A DNA stretch of 64,000 nucleotides from Octopus vulgaris (lineage: Eukaryota), in NCBI GenBank assembly GCA_951406725.2, contig OX597818.1, forward strand, positions 140,802,001 through 140,866,000, read 5' to 3'. A model generated the notes under the pieces. It was not told where the DNA came from. It saw nothing but the letters and a program-made list of their open reading frames with translations, and made no database searches. Position 1 is the first letter of the stretch. Each line of letters opens with the position of its first letter. This document shows positions 54,718 through 64,000 of the stretch, piece by piece. Both the position numbers and the translations under genes were made by a program.

Positions 54718-55308
54718 GCTCGCTCGCTGACTCTCAATCACTCACTCTCTCTCATCGCACGCACGCATTTAAATAAACCAGCGCTATGTTTTTGTCCTCC
54801 ACTATGTTTCTCACAAGCGCAAGGACCCAAAAGACGTAAACATGAACGTAGAGTCACGCGCGAAAACACATAAAAAATACAAATGGAAACTTAATTACGT
54901 TTTGTGATAAAAAGAAATTCAAAAATGCAAATAGAAGTGCTTTGGCTTCGTAATTACAAGAAATCATTTATCTTCTGACATCCATCTTATTTAATGAAAT
55001 AATTATAATTAAATAACCAATTTACTGAATAAATATTGAAAATTGGTTGAGAAACAACAAAAATCAATATTAAATAACAATAATTGAAACTATAAATAAG
55101 AATTAGAGAAAAATATTTAAAACTAACAAAATAATAATAAAAAAATCTTACGAATTAAAACAAAATATAATTGTAATATCTCAAAAATATAATATAATGA
55201 ATACAATATATGTATTATATCTGTAAAAATAATATATATTTATATATGTACATATGCGTGTGTAAGTATATGCATGTATGTATATATGCGTGTATATATA
55301 TACATATA

Positions 55309-55357
<49 letters not shown>

Positions 55358-56394
55358 TAGATTATTGTATAATAATAGAATAATTGGACGAAACGAAAGT
55401 AAGATGATGAAATTTAAAGGAAATTTAAACAATTAATACAAACAAACATAAAGAATTACATAATTAGGTATAAATTAATAATATTGATAATAATAATAAT
55501 ATGTGTTACTAAATCTTACAAAGATGTAACTGCGATAATATCGCAAAGAGTGAAGGAATATTCAGAAGACAACGTCTTTGAATGCTTGTTGCAAATGATC
55601 GCAGGGCGCAAAAGATAAATTATTTATCAACAAGAATTTAACCAAAGCTCTCGAAGGAATAAAATGAACTTGTTGTGACGCGGATTTTACAGTTTCCCTT
55701 ACACATGAATCACGGAAGCACTTATGAATAAGATAGCATAGATATGAGTATACTTTATAAATTAAACCATGTTTTGCAGTCACAGATAAAAACCGGAAAT
55801 ATAAGACGCAAAACCCTCTTAATTAGAGTAATAATCTATGGGGACAACCTGTCTCTTTCTCTGTTCCCCCTTTCTATCTCTCTCTCTTTCTCTATCTCCC
55901 CCCCCTCTCTCTCTTTCTCTTTGTGTCTGGCTCTAAAACCATTGAGCGACATGTTAAACCGAACTCGACATGGATACATACGATAAGGGGAGATCTAACA
56001 ATATTTGTATACAGGTGATCTCAAGTTGTATTCTGAAAGATATAAAGAGGTCAACACGTAGTTGTAGATGATACACGGATATACTAGAGTTATTAATCTG
56101 GTGGCGGGGGGGCGAATTACACCAACGTGATCTTGGAAAACCAGGAGGCTATTTGCAATGGCCAAGGTCATTGTTTATTCAATTCAACCAAATTCGTCTG
56201 TGTATGACGCTAGCTGGGGCTAGACACTAGTGATAGCGACTATCGAACTAGAAATGCATCTGGCGTCCTCACTAGCCTGAGTATTGCATGAAGGCACCGA
56301 AAGTGTTAAAAATTTTGTGTGAGATGTTTTCATCGCATGAAAACATTGGTAGCTCATACAAACATATATTGTGTTTATTAAATAAAATATACAC

Positions 56395-57639
56395 ATTGGT
56401 TCAGCCTATAAATAGCACATTTTTTAAATAAATTGCATGAACTAAAAGTCGGAGTCGACAGGAGAAACTACCTGCATCAATTTTCTATAAAAGCTGGTAG
56501 TAATTTTGCTTTATACTTATTTTTAATGCAAGTATTGAAGTGTGAAGTTCGATTTAACAGTTATTTTTTTCAAAGCTATAATGGAAATCACAAAGAGCGA
56601 GTTCAATAGAGGCAAGGAATATTAATGCAGTATATGGAGATCGGACAAATAATGGTAAACTAGTGTCAAAGGTGGTTTTCGAAATTCCGAACCAGAAACT
56701 ACAACCTAGAAGACGAGCCTCGTCATGGAAGTTCTGTAGAGCTCAACGAGGACGTCCTACAAAACCTGGTGGAACAAAATCGTATTGTAACTATTGAGTA
56801 ACTAGCAGAGACGCTTGCATTTGGTCAGTCAACCATTCATCGACACCTACATGCCATTGGAAAAGTCAGCAAATTGAGTCTATGGGTTTCTTATAAACTT
56901 CCCGACCCTAATCGCACGCAAAAAATGAATGTGCGCTCTTTTTTGCTCTCACGTCTCACAATTATACCTTTTTTGGACTGAATAGTGACTGGTGACGCGA
57001 AATGGGTTTTCTATAAAAATGTCACGCACCAAAGACAGTGGGTAGGGAAAGGAGAAACACCGGCACCCCAGGCTAAAGAAGGTCTTCACCCACTTAAGAT
57101 GTTGCTATCCGTTGCGTGGGATGTGAAAGGTTTACTTTGAACTTTTAAACCCAAAGTAAACGATAACAAAGAAGATCTACTGCGAGTAGCTTGAGCGGCT
57201 TAGGTCAGCGCTAGAAGAAAAGCGACCATATTTGGTTTTAAGACGAAAGGTTTCCTTCGATCAGGATAATGCTCGGCCACATACACCAAGGATGACATTC
57301 CAAAGGTTGGAGCAGTTTGAATGCGAAACGATGCCCCACGCACCATATTCGCCAGACATTACCACATCTGATTACAATGTATTCTGCATTCTTCAAAATC
57401 GTCTGGCCAGAAAAAAATATAAATTCTGTAGACAAGGTCAGAACAGCACTGGAGGAGTATTTGCGTCACGGATTAGTGAATTTTGGAAAGAGGTCTTGCA
57501 ATTCTACTAGATAGATGGAGGAGTATTGCAGAAAAATGAAGGAGGGTATATTTTAGATTTAAAAAGATCATTGTTTATTTTAATATTGAAAAATAAATGA
57601 GGTGTAAAAGAAACGGCATCATTTATGGGATGACACAAT
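56395..57639 (+). mobile_element. Full-span decayed mariner (DD34D) transposon
   Basis: Degenerate TIRs ATTGGTTCAGCCTATAAAT / ATTTATGGGATGACACAAT. WVSYKL, IVTGDAKW, QDNARPHT, PYSPDITTSDY. Confidence 0.92.
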
Positions 57640-58019
57640 ATATATATATATATTGCTGGAAATACGAGAGTAGAAAACAGCCAACTGATAAAGTGTCATT
57701 TTTTGGATTTTTTTTTGTGTTGTTTGTCTTTTGTTTCCCATTTGTATTTTTCATTGTTCGAAGAAATAGTTCACTCTCTACGTACTCGTACTTCGTATTT
57801 TTTGTTGTACACGTTTCGTTACGTCCTGTACCAACACACACACACACACACACACACACGCGCACACACACACACACATATATATATACGTATAGATATA
57901 TGTACATATACGTATGTATATATGCAATATATATTATTCATATTATATATATGTGTGTGCATAAGCATACATATATGTGTATATATATATATATATACAT
58001 ACATACATACATACATACA

Positions 58020-58089
<70 letters not shown>

Positions 58090-59075
58090 CGAGATCATAT
58101 TTGGCGTATCATAGCGTTCACGCTGTTTTATCGGCGTATTCTATCAACAAATAGGTATTTCAAACATACCGGCACCTCCCCAATTCATTCCACTTTTATT
58201 CATGTATTTGCTCATATCATTCCAGCTTGCATCTCAGCCCACTTCTAAGGACTCTCGGCGCATCGACCATTCAATGATTTGCGCTGTAATGACATTCATC
58301 AAAGAGCTGAAAGCTAGTATTGTTTGAGTAGAAGAACAAAACAGCCGGAAGTATGGGAGGACAATAAGAACAAGCTCGCTATATCATATACTGAAATACT
58401 TTGTGTTATAGAAATGCTTTATCTTTGTTTATTTAAAGTGATCCGTACGTATGCTTCTACTCTGTGATTGTCGTGTCTCCATTCGCATCATGTAGGCAAA
58501 TTGACTGCGCGTATTGGTCTACGTAGTGTCACTATCTGTCACTGTGCGTGCGTTTGTGGTTGCGTGAGTGCGTGTGTGTGTATGTGAGGCCGTGTATGTG
58601 TGTGCAAGTGGTTGTGCGTGCGTGCTCACACACGCACGCTTTTAAATGTAGACACACATGTATTCGCACAAGCATCGATAACGATGTATATATATGTTTA
58701 CATACATATATGCACGTATGCATGTGTATGTGAGCGTGTGACAGTGTGGGCACATATGTGTTTTCGCAGCGTGCGTGCGTTCGCTTGTGCTTGTGTCGGT
58801 GCTTAAGTAGGAAGGAGTATTTGCGGTTGAGATGTCGCCAGCAATACTGGCCGTTCGTGAACTATTGATAGAAATGTTAACGATTGCTGATAGTGATTGC
58901 AGCAGGGATATGTGTGTGTATGTGTGTGTGTGTGTGTGTACGTGTGTATGAATACATACATACACACATATATATATATATGTGTGTGTATATATAGGTA
59001 TATATCCGTATGTATATATGTATATATATATATATGTGTGTGTGTGTGTCTGTGTCTGTGTACATGTGAAATATA

Positions 59076-59158
<83 letters not shown>

Positions 59159-59161
59159 TTA

Positions 59162-59204
<43 letters not shown>

Positions 59205-59503
59205 GTGGCGGCGTAATGGCCCAGTGGTTAGGGCAGCGGACTCGCGGCCTTAGGATCACGGTTTCGATTCCCAGACCGACCGTTGTGAACGTTTATTGAC
59301 CGAAAACACCTAAAAGCTCCAGGGGGCTCCGACAGAGGGTGGTGGTGATCTCTGCTGTACTCATTCACCACAACTTTCTCTCACTCTTTCTTCTGTCTAT
59401 TTTATCATTTTGGGGTCTTTCGAAGGCTAAAACAATGCGAACGCATTGTGACCAGCGATGTGTAGTAACATCTGATGATCTGGTCGGTCACGTGATCACG
59501 TGA
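59205..59503 (+). mobile_element. SINE family C
   Basis: Head matches 36965-37150, with a different 3' end. Confidence 0.85.
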
Positions 59504-59539
59504 TATATATCTATATATATATACATACATGCATACATA

Positions 59540-59575
<36 letters not shown>

Positions 59576-60002
59576 TGTACGTATGTATGTATGTATGTAT
59601 GCATGTATGTATGTATGTATGTATGTATCTATGTATGTACGTATGTACGTATGTACGTATGTATAGATGGTTGTATGCTTATAAATCCATATATATATCT
59701 GCATGTAACAATGTGTGCATATTTCTCTGTCTGCAAGACACATTTTACTGGATGTGCTGGATCGCATTCTCATTGCTGTAACTTAGAACAATGTGACACG
59801 CTATGGCAAATATATGAGCATCACCTGCACCACTATTGTATTAGAGAAAATCTTTAATTTTCGTTATTATTAAGGAGATAAATGCAGGCATGACGTTTCC
59901 ATCACTGCACACAACATGATGTTGACTGGATATTTGATTTTTATCACCCCCGGTACATGTTTTGGGGACACGGCCAGTGAACGGTTGTTATACACGTTAT
60001 GA

Positions 60003-60236
60003 AAGGCAGCGAGCTGGCAGAATCGTTAGCATGCCGGACGGTATTTAGCTGTATTTCGTCTGTCTTCACATCCTGAGTTCAAATTCCGCCGAGGTCGTCT
60101 TTGCCTTTCATCCTTTCGGGGTCGATTAAATAAGTACCAGTTACGCACTGGGGTCGATATAATCGACTTAATCCGTTTGTCTGTCCTTGTTTGTCCTATC
60201 TGCGTTTAGCCCCTTCTGGGTAGTACAGAAATAGGT
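60003..60236 (+). mobile_element. SINE family B monomer
   Basis: Matches 19937-20174. Confidence 0.9.
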
Positions 60237-60379
60237 TGATATGCATGCTCAGCATCTGATCCTGGCAGAAAAAGTATGATGTATTCTGTGTACACGTGTT
60301 TTAGTCGCATCTTTCCAATTTTCAGCTTAAGTTTCCAATTTCGAGTTCTCAAAAACTATCATTCGTTCCCTGCTCATAA

Positions 60380-61420
<1,041 letters not shown>

Positions 61421-62388
61421 AATAGAATTGTTATGCTTTCGCTTTTGTTTTAACCGTTATTGTGATGGCTTATCAATGTCTCCGAGATCACGATCTCTAT
61501 TGCATGGCTTATGGCAAAAATTATTTAGTTTATCGCATTATTATCATATTATTTTTTATTTCTCAATGAATATTATTATATCAACCATTTGCCTTTGTCG
61601 TCTACTTAGCAAATTATTGTGAAGAGATATTAATTGGAATATTAACGTAATTAAATGTAGTAGCATTACCAAAAGTTGTTGGGGGAAAGCTATCCATACT
61701 ACTGCAATTCAGCCTCATGGTCCCAGGGGACAAACTGGAACAGGGGTTGACCCGGGGGATGGCGAGACAGATGCGCTGGTACAAATACTCATAGGGCTCG
61801 CACTTGGGTTCCAGGGAGCAAGAATACGATCCAGGGACCTAAAGCGCCCGAGGTCTCCACCACCTCGTCTATTTGAGACCGTATCTATTGAAAATATATG
61901 TCTTGCTATATTAAATGGATTATATCCTTTAACGTAGGGTGGGCAGCAGATTTTAAATCAAACTTTTAATGCGGGTACGTATGCTTCCGTTATTTCCGTC
62001 AATTATTGTGGAGGCTGCCATCATTACTGTCGTTGTTATTGCTGTCTGCCATCCACAAATCCATGATCAACAGCACCCCATCAAATTTTATCATCTTTCT
62101 TCGGATTTTGCAATGAGTTCTTAGTTTCTCTTTTCTGAAAACATTCCAGAAATATTTCAAAGCAATTTGGCTGCTGTTTCTAGCATGTCACAGACCATGA
62201 AGAATATCTTTGCTCATACATATGCTGGTAAAGATTTTAAAGTTATATTGGCTTGATGTAGAACTATTTTTTTCGCTGTTGTTATTGTATGTATGTCGAC
62301 AGAGAATTATATTCGATTTTCAATTAATTTATCTCGTAATATAATTCGGTTTAATATATCGATTATAAATGTAAGATATTGCTGTATA

Positions 62389-62443
<55 letters not shown>

Positions 62444-62604
62444 CGTGTAATTTTCTCTCCATTACGTTAACACACGAATAACAAATAATAGAAGAATTAT
62501 ATAAAAAGAAATCTTATTAAAATTGTAAATAATAAATTTTAAAATTCCGATAAGTGAATCTATAACCGAATAATGTTATGAGTGATATATATATACACGT
62601 ATAT

Positions 62605-63520
62605 ATATTTCATATAAATACAGTGTACATTTAAACACATAAGAGATGAGAGATGGCCATCTTAGGACACCTAACGCGCTAGAAGGAGTAATCAAAATCC
62701 AAACCACAATTAGGCGTAATTTCGAAGGGAATTAAAAATAAAATCATTTACCATCTTCCTCCCGGACAATGGTTTAGAAGTCTCATTAGCAAATAAATTA
62801 AGTTGCTAGACGAAGTTCTCGTCAGTGGGAACGCCAAAAGTTTAACATATAAATACGAGGTAATACAGTACATACCTCGTGCTTACATATAATTTTTCAA
62901 ATCCACCGCTCGAGCGCAGATTTGTCTGCAGTAAAAGATATAATGCCGACTTGCTTCTAAAAATTTGCCAAAAATAATTAATAAATATCAGGGTAGGAAA
63001 AATTTTAGAATGTTTTTACTATCAGTGGCTTAGCATTTAGAAACTAGCAAATTAATTTATTTGCTAATTAGAGTTCGAAACCATGGTTCGGGAGAAAGAT
63101 GGTAGATGTTTTTATTTTTCATTCCCTTCGAAATTACCCCTAATAGTGGTTTGGATTTTGACTACTCCTTCTAGCGTGTTAGGTGTCTTATGATGGCCAT
63201 CTCTTATGTGAGTAAATGTACACTGTATTTATATGAATAATATATAGTATATTGACTATTTTCTACGTATCAGGCCACTGGTAGTAAAACTTTTTTTTTA
63301 GTTTTCCTACGCTGATATTTATTAACAATTTTTGGCAAATTTTCATTTGCTGCTAACAAAACTGCGCTTGCGCGGTGGATTTGAAAAAATTATAATATGT
63401 AAACACGAGGTGTGTACTGCATTGTCTCGTATTTATATGTTAATCTTTTGGCGTCTCCACTGATGAGAACTTTGCCTATAGTAAAAATTTCTAAATTTTT
63501 CCTATTCTGATATTTATTAT
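62605..63520. mobile_element. Non-coding HHR-bearing repeat: one minus copy plus a permuted plus copy (retrozyme/pLTR-like)
   Basis: 62605-62810 matches the reverse complement of 63043-63245, and 62810-63030 matches that of 63273-63475. Confidence 0.8.
62760..62830 (-). ncRNA. Decayed type I hammerhead
   Basis: TCCCA-CTGACGA-GAA...TTC-TAAA-CCATTGT-C-CGGGA. The plus copy keeps GAGTTC-GAAA-CCATGGT (63071-63087) and TCTCCA-CTGATGA-GAACT (63454-63471). Confidence 0.7.
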
Positions 63521-63528
63521 ATATACAT

Positions 63529-63579
<51 letters not shown>

Positions 63580-64000
63580 TACACACATATACACACATAT
63601 ATATAAGTTCGTTTTCTATGTTCTTGTTTTTATGTTTTCGTTTCTTATTCTGTCTACGTTTTTTTGATCTCCTGTACCCACATATGCATGTATATATACA
63701 TATATTTGTAGGTATGTACATATATCTATGTATATATGCATATATTTATATACTATTTATATTATTATATGATTGAACGCCACGCGTCCTTTTCCAAGTA
63801 AGTTTTATCTTAATAATTACGATGCGCACACTTCTATCTCTTTTCTGTCTATCTATCTCCATTTCTTGTTCTTCTTCCTTTCTGTTTTTCCTCCCAAACT
63901 TTCCCTGCTCTTCTCCTCTCCCCTTCAGCGTTCCCTCACTCTCTCTCTCTCACTGTTCCTCCTTGATTCTCTCGTTGCTCACATGTGACCAACGGCCATT

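Overview
AT-rich, microsatellite-saturated animal DNA with no supportable host gene exon. The SINE families and the (TA)n/(CA)n/(TACA)n load suggest an octopod cephalopod (inference). Nearly all short ORFs in the track are translated microsatellites. Real coding sequence is transposon-derived: (1) a young Penelope-like element (PLE; RT + C-terminal GIY-YIG) at 41262-44953, built as a ~1.5 kb inverted repeat with a hammerhead ribozyme (HHR) near each outer end and inserted in the (TA)n tract of a SINE; (2) a near full-length CR1-group LINE at ~46798-51523 whose ORF1 joins a Myb/SANT-like domain to four CCCH fingers; (3) a deleted CR1-group LINE at 1-1770; (4) two tandem R4/Dong-type 3' ends in (TAA)n; (5) four Tc1/mariner relics, a solo LTR, MITEs and many tRNA-derived SINEs. 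Main hunt result: several unrelated elements end in (TA)n tracts and carry type I hammerheads with palindromic helix III. They include an autonomous-type PLE, a non-coding fold-back, a permuted retrozyme-like unit and a tRNA-headed SINE with an HHR 3' end. There are also head-to-tail SINE multimers with a fixed junction and several local templated duplications. Coordinates and identities were read by eye.
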